DNA of 64,000 nucleotides. It comes from an uncultured Gammaproteobacteria bacterium (GTDB taxonomy: Bacteria; Pseudomonadota; Gammaproteobacteria; UBA9214). The stretch is taken from contig CAVYZN010000027.1 in assembly GCA_963773065.1 (NCBI GenBank), positions 1 to 64,000 on the forward strand. Reading direction: 5' to 3'. Every line of letters starts with the position of its first letter. Position 1 is the stretch's first letter. A program made the position numbers and the translations under genes. The notes under the pieces were generated by a model. The model made no database searches. It saw nothing but the letters and a program-made list of their open reading frames with translations, and was not told where the DNA came from. Shown one piece after another: positions 9,969 to 20,647 of the stretch.

Positions 9969-11534
9969 GTCTTGCCGCCCTTCGGTTTTGTTTCATCGAG
10001 TTCGAGCACGACTCGTGTACCCTCTCCCGGTTCACTGTCAACGCGCAGACTGCCGCCGATACGCAAGGCACGCTCACGCATGATCGATAAACCGACATGT
10101 TCACCCGGTGAACCGTATACCTTCCCGTCGAAGCCTACGCCGTCATCTTCAATCAGGATATGGTATTTGTCATTGTAGCGATGTCGCAGCATGATACGCA
10201 CCGCCTTTGCCTGACTGTGTTTGCGAATATTCCACAACGCTTCCTGGATGATGCGCAGTATCTGGATCTCGACATCCTTGGACAGCTCGTCCCCCGTCCA
10301 TTCTTTTTGCAGGTAGGTTTTGATCCGGGTTTCGCTCCTGAAGTGGTTGACGGTCTGTTCAATGGCGCCGATCAGGCCGCGATTGGACACCGGCGCGCGA
10401 AAGTTCGCGATTAATTCACGCAACTCGGTATTGGCCTCATCAAGACTGTTTTCGATGCGTTCGAGCTGCTGCCAGGTGGTTGATTCATCGCCCTGATGCA
10501 GGGTTTCGTCCAGCACGCGCACCTGGTAGCGCAGACTCGCCAGGCTCTGGGCCAGTGAATCGTGGAGTTCGTGGGCGATGCGGGTGCGTTCGTCATTGAT
10601 CAGGTGCTGGTGGGTTTGCTCATCACTGCGCGCGCGCTCGATGGCGACACTCAGATGGTGCCCGATGCTGGTCAGCAGCGGCTTCATGCTGTCCAGCTGC
10701 TCGATGAGACTGATTTCCAGAAACAGGTTGATGACGCCGATGATCCTGCCCTGGTGGCGCATGGGAATCGAGACCAGGCCGATGTTCCTCTTCTCGAAGA
10801 AGGGTCTGCCGGCGATCTTTTCACATTTATCCAGGTTCTTTTCGACCCATATCTTCCCTTCCGTCAGGCCGCGTTCATAGAGACAACGCCGGGTTTCCGG
10901 ACGATCCGCCTGAATCAGGGAGACATCGATGCCGCTGCTGGTGGCCAGTTCGACCTGGTTCGGCAGATGCGTTACCCAGATGGCGGCAGCCTGTGCCTTG
11001 GTGGTGCGCTTCAGGGTAAACAGGAAGCGGTTCAATAGATCATCCAGCCCGTGTGCGGTATTGATGCTGGATACGACATCATAGAGGATTTGCAGGGATT
11101 TCTGCGTCGGCATCCTGCCCATCGGAGTTATCGCCGAGCCGTGTCTTGCGGAAGGATTGCAGTTTTTTCCCCAGGCTGTTCAGGTCATCGGCAAGTTCCG
11201 CGAAGGCGCCATAACGGGGGGTGGGTATGGGGTCGGTGTATATACCCTCGCGGATATTTCTTGCCCAGGGCCTGATGCTGCTGAGCGGATCAAGCAGATT
11301 GCGCTGCACCAGCGACAGGACTGAATAGAGCAGAACCATGCCGCCGGCCAGCAACAGGACGGTGAGCAATACCCGTGCGCCTGCCGTGACAGATTCCCGC
11401 TGCCCGGCTAATACAACCAGTCCCAGGAACAACAGGATCAGCAGCAGGCAGGCCAGTCTGACAAGCAGGCGGCTGCGCAGGGTCGGTTTGCGTAGCCCCG
11501 CGGGCGCTGAACTGGTGGTTACACTCCGGGGCAT
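9965..11534 (-). CDS. NarX/NarQ-like sensor kinase (2 TM, HAMP, GAF, HisKA_3, HATPase), frameshift near 11100
   Basis: ORF 11079-11534 has two TM helices plus HAMP; ORF 9965-11122 has ERTRIAHELHDSLAQSL, IEDDGVGFD, HVGLSIMRERA; stop overlaps regulator start. Confidence 0.9.
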
Positions 11535-11546
11535 CGGCGGGTCAGA

Positions 11547-11891
11547 TCATGGCATTGGTATTGGATGTCCGGGATCAGATACATCCGGTGGAGTGTAATG
11601 CGGGTCATTCGGGTTCATGAAGATGAACTGGTACGAGCCCGGCTCGATCTCGACAAAATCCAGGGTCATTCCCCTCAGCAGCGGCAGGCTTGACCCGGAT
11701 ACCACCACGTCGATTCCATCCGAATTGATATGGAAATCGCCATCCAACCGGTTGTCATCAAAACCCATCCCATAATGAATCGAACCGTCCGGATTGCGAG
11801 TCGCCGCGATACGCATGGCAAGCCCATCCATTTGGCCCTGTTTGGCGGACAAGCGGATCCGCTCGGCTGCGGTTGGCGTAATGGTTATCAT
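11547..11891 (-). CDS. dsrR: DsrR (IscA/HesB-like, no Fe-S cysteines)
   Basis: MITITPTAAERI..YGMGFD..LDFVEIEPG..FIFMNPND; follows dsrN. Confidence 0.9.
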   Translation of the reverse strand: MITITPTAAERIRLSAKQGQMDGLAMRIAATRNPDGSIHYGMGFDDNRLDGDFHINSDGIDVVVSGSSLPLLRGMTLDFVEIEPGSYQFIFMNPNDPHYTPPDVSDPGHPIPMP

Positions 11892-11946
11892 GTAAAATCC
11901 CTCGGTAGCAAAGCCCGTATTATAGGGTCGAAGCGGCGGTGCTGTC

Positions 11947-13314
11947 TCAACGGCGGCGCTGTCTGACGAAATCCACGAACCGACGCGCCCAGCGATGCTG
12001 CCGGGTGTCGCGCATATGGGTGTAACTGGCGACCAGATTGTTGATGACGATACCGTCGTGTTTGCCGTCGACCCCGGTTCCGCGCCTGACATCGAGGGCG
12101 AAGGTCAGCGGCGCGGTAATATTCTCCAGGCTGGAGTAATGAAATTCATGAGCGGAAAATTCGGTTTGCGGTTGCACCTCCGGCCAGGGCAGGCGGTGCG
12201 TCTCGCGCAGGCGGACATAGCCACGGCCCTGCGGTCGCTCATGCATGATGATATCACCCGGAATCACACCAACCATCTCGCAGCACTTGTCGTTCCATCT
12301 GAGGCTGCGCGAGAGATACATGAGGCCGCCGCATTCCGCATAAACCGGCAGGCCGTCGTTGATGGCGTCCCTGATCCGGTGTCGCAGCGCCGCGTTGGCC
12401 TGCAGGGCTTCCATCTGGGTTTCCGGAAAACCGCCGCCAATGAACAGGCCGTCGAGGTCGGGCAGGTTCTGATGCTCCAGGGTATTGATCGTCACCAGTT
12501 CCGCTCCTGACTGTTCCAGTGCCTCCAGATCATCCGGGTAATAAAAACCGAAGGCCGCATCGCGGGCAATGCCGATTCGCACCCGTGCACCGGAAACCGG
12601 TTGCCGGGCGGGCGGCGGTTCGAAATCAAGCGGTGCCGTGCCGCAGATGGCCAGCAGGCCGTCGATATCCACCTGGTCTCTGATGATGTCCCTGATCTGT
12701 CCGATACGGACCGCCGATGATGTTTCCTCGTTGCTCGGGATGAGTCCAAGGTGGCGTTCGGTTATCTCCATCTCCCGGTTGTGGTGTACGCCACCCAGTA
12801 CCGGTACATTGGTGTAATGCCGGATCACGGCGCGCAATTTGGCCTCGTGGCGGCTGCCACCCAGTTGATTGAGAATTACGCCGGCGATTCGTACCTCGGG
12901 GTCGAATGCCTGGTTGCCGAGGATCAGGGGCGCGATACCGCGCGTCATGCCGCGTGCATCGAGAACCAGCACGACGGGGGTGTTCGTGAGCTTGGCCAGT
13001 GCCGCGTTGCTGTTGCTGCCATCCAGATCGAGGCCGTCATAGAGCCCCTTGTTGCCCTCGATGAGGGATATATCCGCCGACATGGAACGGTGACCGATGG
13101 TCGAAAGGATTTCCCGGTGTGACATGCAGTAGAAATCGAGGTTATAGCAGGGACGCCCGGCAGCCTTGCCCAGCCACATGGGATCGATGTAATCCGGGCC
13201 TTTCTTGAAGGGTTGCACCACCAGGCCGCGTTCCGCCAACGCGGCGCACAGGCCCAGCGTAATGGTGGTCTTTCCGGAGGATTTATGGGCCGCCGAGATC
13301 AGCAAACGTGACAT
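11947..13314 (-). CDS. dsrN: DsrN siroheme amidase (cobyrinate a,c-diamide synthase-like)
   Basis: SAAHKSSGKTT, FKKGPDYID, AFGFYY, YAECGGLMYL, HEFHY; position in dsr operon. Confidence 0.93.
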   Translation of the reverse strand: MSRLLISAAHKSSGKTTITLGLCAALAERGLVVQPFKKGPDYIDPMWLGKAAGRPCYNLDFYCMSHREILSTIGHRSMSADISLIEGNKGLYDGLDLDGSNSNAALAKLTNTPVVLVLDARGMTRGIAPLILGNQAFDPEVRIAGVILNQLGGSRHEAKLRAVIRHYTNVPVLGGVHHNREMEITERHLGLIPSNEETSSAVRIGQIRDIIRDQVDIDGLLAICGTAPLDFEPPPARQPVSGARVRIGIARDAAFGFYYPDDLEALEQSGAELVTINTLEHQNLPDLDGLFIGGGFPETQMEALQANAALRHRIRDAINDGLPVYAECGGLMYLSRSLRWNDKCCEMVGVIPGDIIMHERPQGRGYVRLRETHRLPWPEVQPQTEFSAHEFHYSSLENITAPLTFALDVRRGTGVDGKHDGIVINNLVASYTHMRDTRQHRWARRFVDFVRQRRR

Positions 13315-13422
13315 GATCGCATAGACAGACCGGCTGTGCGTACCGGGTGCCGCACCGGCTGCCGATACAGCGGGTTAAACGGCGGGGACCCCTTGCTACC
13401 GGACCACCGCCGTGTGATGGCG

Positions 13423-14646
13423 TCAGGCCGCCGCCTTGTCAGTCGTATACTGCGGGTCAACCAACTCATCCGCCAGGCTCATCGGCAGGAAACGCAGCAC
13501 CCGCATACCCACGAGCACGGCGGCGAGCGCGATGGCCACGCCGCCGATGCCGAGCACCACTTCCGGCAGACTCGGCGTGTAGCTGTTGATTCCCCCGTCG
13601 AAGAATGAGCTGGTGACTTCCTTGCCGGGAAACATCACCAGCGGGTAGGCTTGCCCGCCGATGATGATGACATACATCTGGGCAAGTCCGCCGAGGATGA
13701 CGAGCGCACAGGCAATGCCGATCCAGCCGCGGGATTTGCCGGTTGACGGAAGGTAGAGCAGGATGAGCGGCAACAGGCTGCCGATCAGTACCTGCACGAT
13801 CCAGAACAGGCGGGTATAGATGCCGCCGTCGAGCAGGATGAACCGTTCAACCCCGTGATCCTCGGTGATGTACAGGTTGGTGAGGTGATAGACCATCACG
13901 AAGTACAGAACCGAGGCGATGAAAACGCCAAGCAGGTTCTTGAGGCGGTACAGGATGGCGTCACCCAGCGTGCGTTCCGACCATTTGCAGGCGGCCATCA
14001 GGATGAGGATGAAGATGGCCAGCCCGAAGGAGAACGACATGATGACGAACATCGGCGCCATGAGGGCGGAATCATAGGCCTGGCGGGCCACCAGGAAGCC
14101 GAAGATGGAGCCGGTACCGGTGGTGAGTATCAGACGCCACACGAAGGCGAATAGCCCTGAAACCTTGATGTAGCGGTTCATGCGCCGTTCCATCATCATC
14201 CAGAGGTAGACGGCCACAATGGCCATGAAGCCGGTATAGAGGAAGATATTCCAGGCAAAGATCGACTTGAAATTGTATCGGGTCATGGCCACGATCAGGC
14301 GATCCGGCCGGCCGAGATCGAGCACCAGTACCGCCAGGCCTCCGACCAGCAGGGCGATTGCCAGCAGGCCGGAGAGCCGGGCGAGGGGCTTATACGCCGC
14401 CTTGCCGAAGACCGAGCCGATCGAGGCGACATTGAGCGCGCCGGAAGCCGCGACGATGAGAAACACCGCGAATACGTGCGGCGTGCCCCACACGATCTGA
14501 TTGCTCATCCCGGTGACGTAGTGCCCGTTGTGCTCCATGTAGAAGGCGGCGGCCAGACCGGTCAGCACGAACAGTCCGATAAAACCGAGCAGTGAATAGA
14601 AGCGTATGCCGCCGTCAATTTCACTGAATTGAATCTGCTGTTTCAT
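13423..14646 (-). CDS. dsrP: DsrP, NrfD-family membrane subunit
   Basis: Polytopic; VTGMSNQIVWG, LDLGRPDRL; follows dsrO. Confidence 0.95.
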   Translation of the reverse strand: MKQQIQFSEIDGGIRFYSLLGFIGLFVLTGLAAAFYMEHNGHYVTGMSNQIVWGTPHVFAVFLIVAASGALNVASIGSVFGKAAYKPLARLSGLLAIALLVGGLAVLVLDLGRPDRLIVAMTRYNFKSIFAWNIFLYTGFMAIVAVYLWMMMERRMNRYIKVSGLFAFVWRLILTTGTGSIFGFLVARQAYDSALMAPMFVIMSFSFGLAIFILILMAACKWSERTLGDAILYRLKNLLGVFIASVLYFVMVYHLTNLYITEDHGVERFILLDGGIYTRLFWIVQVLIGSLLPLILLYLPSTGKSRGWIGIACALVILGGLAQMYVIIIGGQAYPLVMFPGKEVTSSFFDGGINSYTPSLPEVVLGIGGVAIALAAVLVGMRVLRFLPMSLADELVDPQYTTDKAAA

Positions 14647-15392
14647 TAGATTCCCCGGTAGCGTACGCCGGTATTGAGTTCGAGATCGGCGCGTATCTGG
14701 CGGCTGTTGTATTTCTTGAGCTGCTTTGAAATATCACTCGCCGGGTCATTCATGTCGCCGAATATCATGGCGTGGTGATTTTCCGCCTTGCACGCCTCGA
14801 CACAGGCCGGTGTGCGGCCCGTGTCAACCCGGTGTACGCAGAAGGTGCAGCTTTCCACGGTACCCTTGCCGCGCGGTGAATAGGGCAATTGGTCCTCCAG
14901 AGTCTCGTGCACGAAGGAACGCGCCTTGTAGGGGCAGGCCATCATGCAGTAACGGCACCCGATGCAGATATGCTTGTCGACCAGAACGATTCCGTCGGCG
15001 CGTTTGAATGAGGCGCCGGTGGGGCATACATCCACGCAGGGCGGGTGCTCGCAGTGCTGGCAGAGCAGGGGCAGGGTTTGGGCATAGCCGGTCTGCTTGT
15101 CGCGCAGCTCGACCTTGCGGATCCATTGCGCATCGGTCTGAGGACGGCCGTGTCCGGTCAGGCCGTGTTCCTCGGCGCAGGCATTGACGCAGTCAGTGCA
15201 GCCTTTCGCGCATTTGTTGGTGTCGATCAACATGCCCCAGCGCACGACACTGCTGACGGGTTCATCGGCGGGACGCGCCTTCGCAACCTCATGCAGCAGC
15301 ACACCGGGCGCGAGCGCCAGGCCGGCGACCGCGGTAGCCGCGCCACCAAGAAAGCGACGGCGCGTCGTGTCCGTTTGCGCGTTGTCAGTCAT
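14646..15392 (-). CDS. dsrO: DsrO periplasmic Fe-S protein (Tat signal)
   Basis: TRRRFL Tat motif; CQHCEHPPCVDVCP, CIGCRYCMMACP, CTFC. Confidence 0.95.
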   Translation of the reverse strand: MTDNAQTDTTRRRFLGGAATAVAGLALAPGVLLHEVAKARPADEPVSSVVRWGMLIDTNKCAKGCTDCVNACAEEHGLTGHGRPQTDAQWIRKVELRDKQTGYAQTLPLLCQHCEHPPCVDVCPTGASFKRADGIVLVDKHICIGCRYCMMACPYKARSFVHETLEDQLPYSPRGKGTVESCTFCVHRVDTGRTPACVEACKAENHHAMIFGDMNDPASDISKQLKKYNSRQIRADLELNTGVRYRGI

Positions 15393-15901
15393 GGGTCGAT
15401 GCCCTCGGTTGCCAGCCGCGTGATGATGCCCGAGCTGGCAAGGCAACTGGATTTTTCAGCCGTTTGTGCGTGGGCGATCGTTGAGGCCGGGATCATGGAC
15501 AGTTTCCCCGATGTCGCGACAGGCCGGTCCGCATGGCACTCGAAGCAGTCGATGTTGACCGCCGCGTAGGTGTGGCAGCTGTTGCAGAAGTGCTGCTCAC
15601 TGCTTGCCCGCGGCGCGTCGGGCGCATGACTCACATGACAGTTGATGCATTCTTCCAGGCTGTACTTGCTGGTACGGATGCCATTGTGCATGGTTTCATC
15701 GCGCTGGTGCAGGATGTATTTCATATGGTTCCTGCGCATCTCCGCGGTGGGTTCGACACAACCCTGTGACTCACTCACCCGGCGCTGGGCCTCAGGCACA
15801 ACCGGCAGGAGCGGGTCGCCGGCCCTGACCAGGGACGGTAACCAGAGGATCGCGCCTGCCAGGAGGAATATCAACCCGCTCTTTGTCATCATGTTTGGCA
15901 T
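15389..15901 (-). CDS. dsrJ: DsrJ triheme cytochrome c
   Basis: CVEP..MRRNHM; three CxxCH motifs (CINCH, CNSCH, CFECH). Confidence 0.93.
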   Translation of the reverse strand: MPNMMTKSGLIFLLAGAILWLPSLVRAGDPLLPVVPEAQRRVSESQGCVEPTAEMRRNHMKYILHQRDETMHNGIRTSKYSLEECINCHVSHAPDAPRASSEQHFCNSCHTYAAVNIDCFECHADRPVATSGKLSMIPASTIAHAQTAEKSSCLASSGIITRLATEGIDP

Positions 15902-15913
15902 GGGTTTCCCGTC

Positions 15914-17878
15914 TTAGTGACCCAGCGCCATGTCGATGTAGCCGGTCGGGCAGACATCGGAGCAGATGTGGCAGCCGATGCACTTGTCATAGTCCGTGTC
16001 CACATAGCGGCCCATCGTCGCCCTGTCCTTCTTGACGCGGAAAATGGCGTCCTGCGGGCAGTAGATGACGCAGTTGTCGCATTCGAAACACATGCCGCAG
16101 CTCATGCAGCGTTCGGCCTCATTGACGGCCTGTTCCGTTGTGAGGCCGACGCCGCGTTCGGCGAAATGACCCAGCACTTCCTCCGCCGAAGGCCCGAAGG
16201 AGGAGCGCTTGTTGCGCGGCACGTAGGGGAAATGCCCCAGGAACAGCTTGTCCGAGGAGATGATCTCCGCCGCGGAACGGTCCTCGTAGTTGTGTACGGC
16301 CCAGTTGCCGTCCGCGGTGCCGCGCATGTCGCCGCGTTCCTCGGGATCGAAAATATCCGGGTCGAGGTTGGTCTCGTGGAGTTTCTTGAGCAGCTTGAAA
16401 TGATGGACGTCCACCTTGGGACGCTTGGACTGCTGTTCATGTTTCAGGTAGTGGTTGATGCTTTCCGCGGCAATGGAGGCCTGCCCGATCGCGGTGGTAA
16501 GCAGGTGGGGACGAATGATGTCGCCCGCGGCGAAATGACCGGCGCGATTCGGCATCTGGTAATAGGCATCGGCATCGATCAGACCGCGTCCGTTATTCAG
16601 TTCCTCCAGACCCACGGAGAGATCGCCGCCCTGGCCGATGGCCGAGACGATCAGGTCGCATTCGATAGCGAACTCGGTGCCCTCGACGGCCTTGGGCCGG
16701 CCGTCGACCATCTGGCACTTGGCCATCCTCAGCGCGGTCGCCCTCCCTTCGCCGTTGACGACAACCTCAATCGGCATGACGCCGTTCAGGATCTTGACGC
16801 CTTCATGCAGCGCATCCTCGACTTCGTGTTCGCTCGCGGTCATTTCCTCGCGCGCAAACAAAGAGGTCAGGGTGACGTCGGCGCCTTCGCGGGCGGCGGC
16901 AAAGGCCGAGTCGTGCGCGACATAACCGCCGATGACCTGCTCGGGACGGACTTCCTTGTTGAGATTGGTGATCTTGCCCAGACGCCGGGCGACGGAGACC
17001 ACGTCGATGGAGGTGTCGCCGCCACCCACGCAGACCACCCGGTCGGCCGTCACCTGCAGCGCTCCCTTGTTGAAGGCCTCGAGGAACTGGACGCCGGTGA
17101 CGCAGTTGGGCGCATCGCTGTTGGGGACCGGCAGCTTGCGCCCGGACTTGCAGCCGAGCGCCCAGAGTATTGCATCGAATTCCTTTTCCAGTTCGGCGAT
17201 GGAAACATCCTTGCCGACGCGGGTGCCCAGGCGCGTTTCGACGTAACCCATGTCCAGGATGCGCTGGATTTCATGGTTGAGGACATCGCGCGGGGTGCGG
17301 TAGCCGGGGATGCCGTAGCGCATCATGCCGCCGAGTTCGTCATGATCGTCGAAGATCACGCTGGCATGGCCCATGCGGCGCAGCTGGTAGGCCGCCGCCA
17401 TGCCGGCCGGTCCGCCGCCGATGATGGCGATCGTCTTGCCGCTCATCTTTTCCGTGGCTTCAAAGGTGAATTTTTTCTCGTAGGCGGAGTCGCCGATGAA
17501 CTGTTCGACGGAATTGATCCCGACGAAATCATCGACATTGTTCCGGTTGCAGCCGTCTTCGCACGGCGCCGGGCACACGCGGCCCATCATCGAAGGGAAG
17601 GGGTTGGCGTCGGTTGAACGGCGGAAGGCGTATTCCTCCATGCTCATCCCGCCGGTGGGTTTCTCGATGCCGCGCACGATCTGCAGCCAGCCGCGGATGT
17701 CTTCACCGGATGGGCAACTGCCCTGGCAGGGAGGGGTGCGGTGCACATAGGTCGGGCACTTGTGCGTATGGTCGCCCTCGAAGATCTGGTCGGTGAAACG
17801 TTTCCACTCGTAATCACCTTCTTCGAAGCGGCGGAACGTGAGTTTTGTGTTTTCCATGTCATCTCGAGAAGTGGCCAT
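15914..17878 (-). CDS. dsrL: DsrL NAD(P)H:acceptor oxidoreductase
   Basis: TPPCQGSCP, GRVCPAPCE, GGGPAG, VGGGDTSIDV, C-terminal ferredoxin CMSCGMCFECDNC / CIGCHICSDVCP. Confidence 0.96.
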   Translation of the reverse strand: MATSRDDMENTKLTFRRFEEGDYEWKRFTDQIFEGDHTHKCPTYVHRTPPCQGSCPSGEDIRGWLQIVRGIEKPTGGMSMEEYAFRRSTDANPFPSMMGRVCPAPCEDGCNRNNVDDFVGINSVEQFIGDSAYEKKFTFEATEKMSGKTIAIIGGGPAGMAAAYQLRRMGHASVIFDDHDELGGMMRYGIPGYRTPRDVLNHEIQRILDMGYVETRLGTRVGKDVSIAELEKEFDAILWALGCKSGRKLPVPNSDAPNCVTGVQFLEAFNKGALQVTADRVVCVGGGDTSIDVVSVARRLGKITNLNKEVRPEQVIGGYVAHDSAFAAAREGADVTLTSLFAREEMTASEHEVEDALHEGVKILNGVMPIEVVVNGEGRATALRMAKCQMVDGRPKAVEGTEFAIECDLIVSAIGQGGDLSVGLEELNNGRGLIDADAYYQMPNRAGHFAAGDIIRPHLLTTAIGQASIAAESINHYLKHEQQSKRPKVDVHHFKLLKKLHETNLDPDIFDPEERGDMRGTADGNWAVHNYEDRSAAEIISSDKLFLGHFPYVPRNKRSSFGPSAEEVLGHFAERGVGLTTEQAVNEAERCMSCGMCFECDNCVIYCPQDAIFRVKKDRATMGRYVDTDYDKCIGCHICSDVCPTGYIDMALGH

Positions 17879-17936
17879 GCGTATTCTCCTGTGATCTGAT
17901 CAGGTGCCTGCACCTGAGCCGGATACGTAATAGAAA

Positions 17937-19428
17937 TTATTGTTTGCTTCCCAAGAACGATCGCGTTACTGACCAGTTGATGCACGCTCACGATGCTGTC
18001 CATGGTAAAGCCGTAATACGGTAAGACCTTGGCAAACTGGCTCTTGCAGATCGCGCAGATCGCCGCCATATGGGTGACGCCGTGCTGTTCGACGACCTGC
18101 TTCAGGGCCTCCATGCGCGGCAGGGCGCCCTTGACGCGCAGTTCCAGCAGGTCGTCGGTCAGCAAACCGCCGCCGCCGCCGCAACAATACGTGGATTCGT
18201 AAATCGTATCTTGAGGCATGTCAAAAAAATGGTTGCAACAGGCCTTGATGACATCGCGGGGTATGGTGAACTGACCGCCCGGCTTCGGCCCCATGCGCGA
18301 GGCGCGCGCCACATTGCAGGAGTCATGGTAGGTGAGCACCATGTCGTCGTTGACCGACTTGTCCAGCGTCAATGCCCCGCGCTGTATGAGGTCATGGGTG
18401 ACTTCGAGTATATGCTGAGGCACCGGGTAGTTCGGATCGAGGAAGTCAAACGGTCCCGCCAGGGTATTGAGGAAGCTGTAGGCGACGCGCCAGGCATGGC
18501 CGCATTCGCCCATGACGATGCGCTTGACGCCGAGCTCGAGGGCCGCCTCGCGGATACGCAGCGACACCTTGCGCATGTTTTCATAGCTGCCGATGAACAA
18601 CCCGAAATTGGCGGCTTCACTGGCATGCGAACTCAGGGTCCAACTGATGCCGGCCTCGTGGAAAACCTTGCCGTAACCGATCAGGCCATCGACATGGGGC
18701 TCGGCAAAGAAATCGGCGGATGGGGTGACCAGCAGGACGTCGGCCCCTTCTTCATCCAGCGGGTAGCGCACCTTGACGCCGGTATTCTCCTCGACCTCCT
18801 CTTCCAGCCCCTCCAGGGTATCGACCAGCGCGGGTTGGGGCAGGCCGAGATTGTTGCCGATCTTGAAGACCTTGCCGATGATCTCATTGCTGTATTTCTG
18901 GCCGACGCCGACGCAGTCCATGATCTCGCGTGCGGCCATGGAGATTTCCGCGGTATCGATGCCATAGGGGCAGAACACCGAACAACGGCGACATTGTGAA
19001 CACTGGTGGAAATAGCTGTACCAGTCGTCCAGTACTTCCTTGGTCAGGTCTACCGCGCCGACAAGCTTTGGGAAGTATTTGCCGGCAAAGGTGAAATAGC
19101 GGCGGTAAACCTTGCGCAACAGATCCTGGCGGGCAACCGGCATGTTCTTCGGGTCGGAGGTGCCGAGGTAGTAATGGCACTTGTCCGTGCAGGCGCCGCA
19201 TTTCACGCAGGAGTCGAGAAAGACCTGGAATGACCGGTACTTGCCGGTCAGATCCTTCATCTTGTCGAGTGCGACCTGCTCCCAGTTGTCGACCAGTTCA
19301 CCCGGAAACCCCAGCGGTTGCTGTAATTCCGGCTTGGCGACGAAGGGTTTGCTGTGCGCCATCACCCCTTCATGAATGCGCGGAATGACGGGGTATTCCT
19401 TGAGTTCCGGTGTTTCGAAATCAGCCAC
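17937..19428 (-). CDS. dsrK: DsrK (HdrD-like CCG-domain Fe-S subunit); true stop probably near 17937
   Basis: CVKCGACTDKC, CSQCRRCSVFCP, GECGH, YHDSC, CCGGGGG, CAIC; called ORF overruns dsrL by 235 bp, and removing one A after LGKQ gives a TAA at 17937-17939. Confidence 0.93.
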
Positions 19429-19457
19429 GTTTAGCTCCTGATCCTGTCATACGCCCG

Positions 19458-20189
19458 TTATTTGTTTTCCAGTTCAACGGCCCACGGCGCGAGATGCCGG
19501 CGCTCGCGCGGGTTGTCCACCTGGTTGCGGGTGGGGCTGAAAAAGACGCCAGGCGCATGCAGCAGCTTGCTGATCGGGAAGATGATCATCAGGGTCGCGA
19601 CCAGCGCCAGATGGATGAGCAATACCGGATCCTCGGGCAGGGGTTGCCAGTTGAAGTACATCAAACCCAGAAAGAATGCCTTGACCGACACGATATCGGT
19701 GTGCGTGAGGTAATCCATGGACATACCGGTCAGGGCGATACCGAGCAACAGCGCCAGCATCAGATGATCCGAAAGCGCCGAAATGTAGCGCACGCGGTCA
19801 ACCAGGAAGCGACGCGCCCACAGGCCGAGCAGTCCGGCGACCATGGCGAACGCGGCATACAGGCCGAACGGCTGAATCAGGTCTACCCAGGTCCATACCG
19901 GGTAGGTGAAATATCTCAAGTGGCGCGCCAGCACCAGAAACATGCCGAAATGGAACAGGTATCCGAAGATCCAGATCCACTTGTTGGACTTGAACAGACT
20001 TTCGAAGAAGACCAATTCCCGGAACATGCGCAGCGCCACACCCGGGCGCGTTACCGGCGCGGGGGTGGTCGGTATCTTCAGTGGCGCCGGTGTTTTTGCG
20101 TATTGCCGTATCTTGTAGGTCAGACCGCCGACCAGCAGGGCCGTAGCTACATAAAACAGCAAGGCATAAACAATCGTCAGAAACGGCAT
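19458..20189 (-). CDS. dsrM: DsrM (NarI-like cytochrome b)
   Basis: PAPLKIPTTPAP, FHFG..RHLRYF, IHL, SKLLHAPGVFFSPTRNQ. Confidence 0.96.
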   Translation of the reverse strand: MPFLTIVYALLFYVATALLVGGLTYKIRQYAKTPAPLKIPTTPAPVTRPGVALRMFRELVFFESLFKSNKWIWIFGYLFHFGMFLVLARHLRYFTYPVWTWVDLIQPFGLYAAFAMVAGLLGLWARRFLVDRVRYISALSDHLMLALLLGIALTGMSMDYLTHTDIVSVKAFFLGLMYFNWQPLPEDPVLLIHLALVATLMIIFPISKLLHAPGVFFSPTRNQVDNPRERRHLAPWAVELENK

Positions 20190-20271
20190 GTTTCCGAACT
20201 CCCATGCGATGATGGTTGGAACGAATCAGGTTGCCTGCAGAGGGTCGCCCCTCTGCAAGAATCACCTGTGT

Positions 20272-20604
20272 TCAGACGCAACCGGTTGGTTTCGGCAGAC
20301 CGGCATATTTACAGGCCTGCTTGGCCGGACCGTAGGGGAACAGTTCGTAGAGGTACTTGCTGTTGCCTTTGTCCTTGCCCAGCTTCTTGCCGATCGCCTT
20401 GGTCAGCACGCGCACAGCCGGTGCGATCTGGTATTCCTCGTAATACTCACGCAGGAAGTTGATCACTTCCCAGTGTGCGCTGGACAGATCGGTGTCGTCG
20501 GCCTTGGCCATCATGGTTGCGACTTCCGGTTCCCACTGGTTCAGGTCGGCCAGGTAGCCTTCTTCATCTGTTTCGAGTGTTTTGCCGTTTACTTCGATGG
20601 ACAT
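20272..20604 (-). CDS. dsrC: DsrC sulfur carrier (both C-terminal cysteines)
   Basis: ETDEEGYL..FPYGPAKQACKYAGLPKPTGCV; GAGGAG RBS. Confidence 0.97.
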   Translation of the reverse strand: MSIEVNGKTLETDEEGYLADLNQWEPEVATMMAKADDTDLSSAHWEVINFLREYYEEYQIAPAVRVLTKAIGKKLGKDKGNSKYLYELFPYGPAKQACKYAGLPKPTGCV

Positions 20605-20647
20605 GTTTGGTCTCCTCGTGGATGACGCTAGTTGATGATAAAAAAAT

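Noticed and set aside
9297-11534. Canonical nitrate-sensing NarXL
   Set aside because: Sensor lacks the periplasmic P-box domain and no nar/nap genes are adjacent, so no gene symbols were assigned
11947-13314. Cobalamin biosynthesis gene cobB/cbiA
   Set aside because: Position between dsrP and dsrR and absence of other cob genes indicate dsrN
15917-17617. 566-aa plus-strand ORF opposite dsrL (similar cases opposite dsrK, dsrB, IS630 and ISL3)
   Set aside because: Antisense shadow of strongly codon-biased genes; no independent motifs
17644-17936. Apparent C-terminal extension of about 95 aa on DsrK overlapping dsrL
   Set aside because: Low-information sequence overlapping dsrL out of frame; one extra A explains it, matching the window-wide indel pattern
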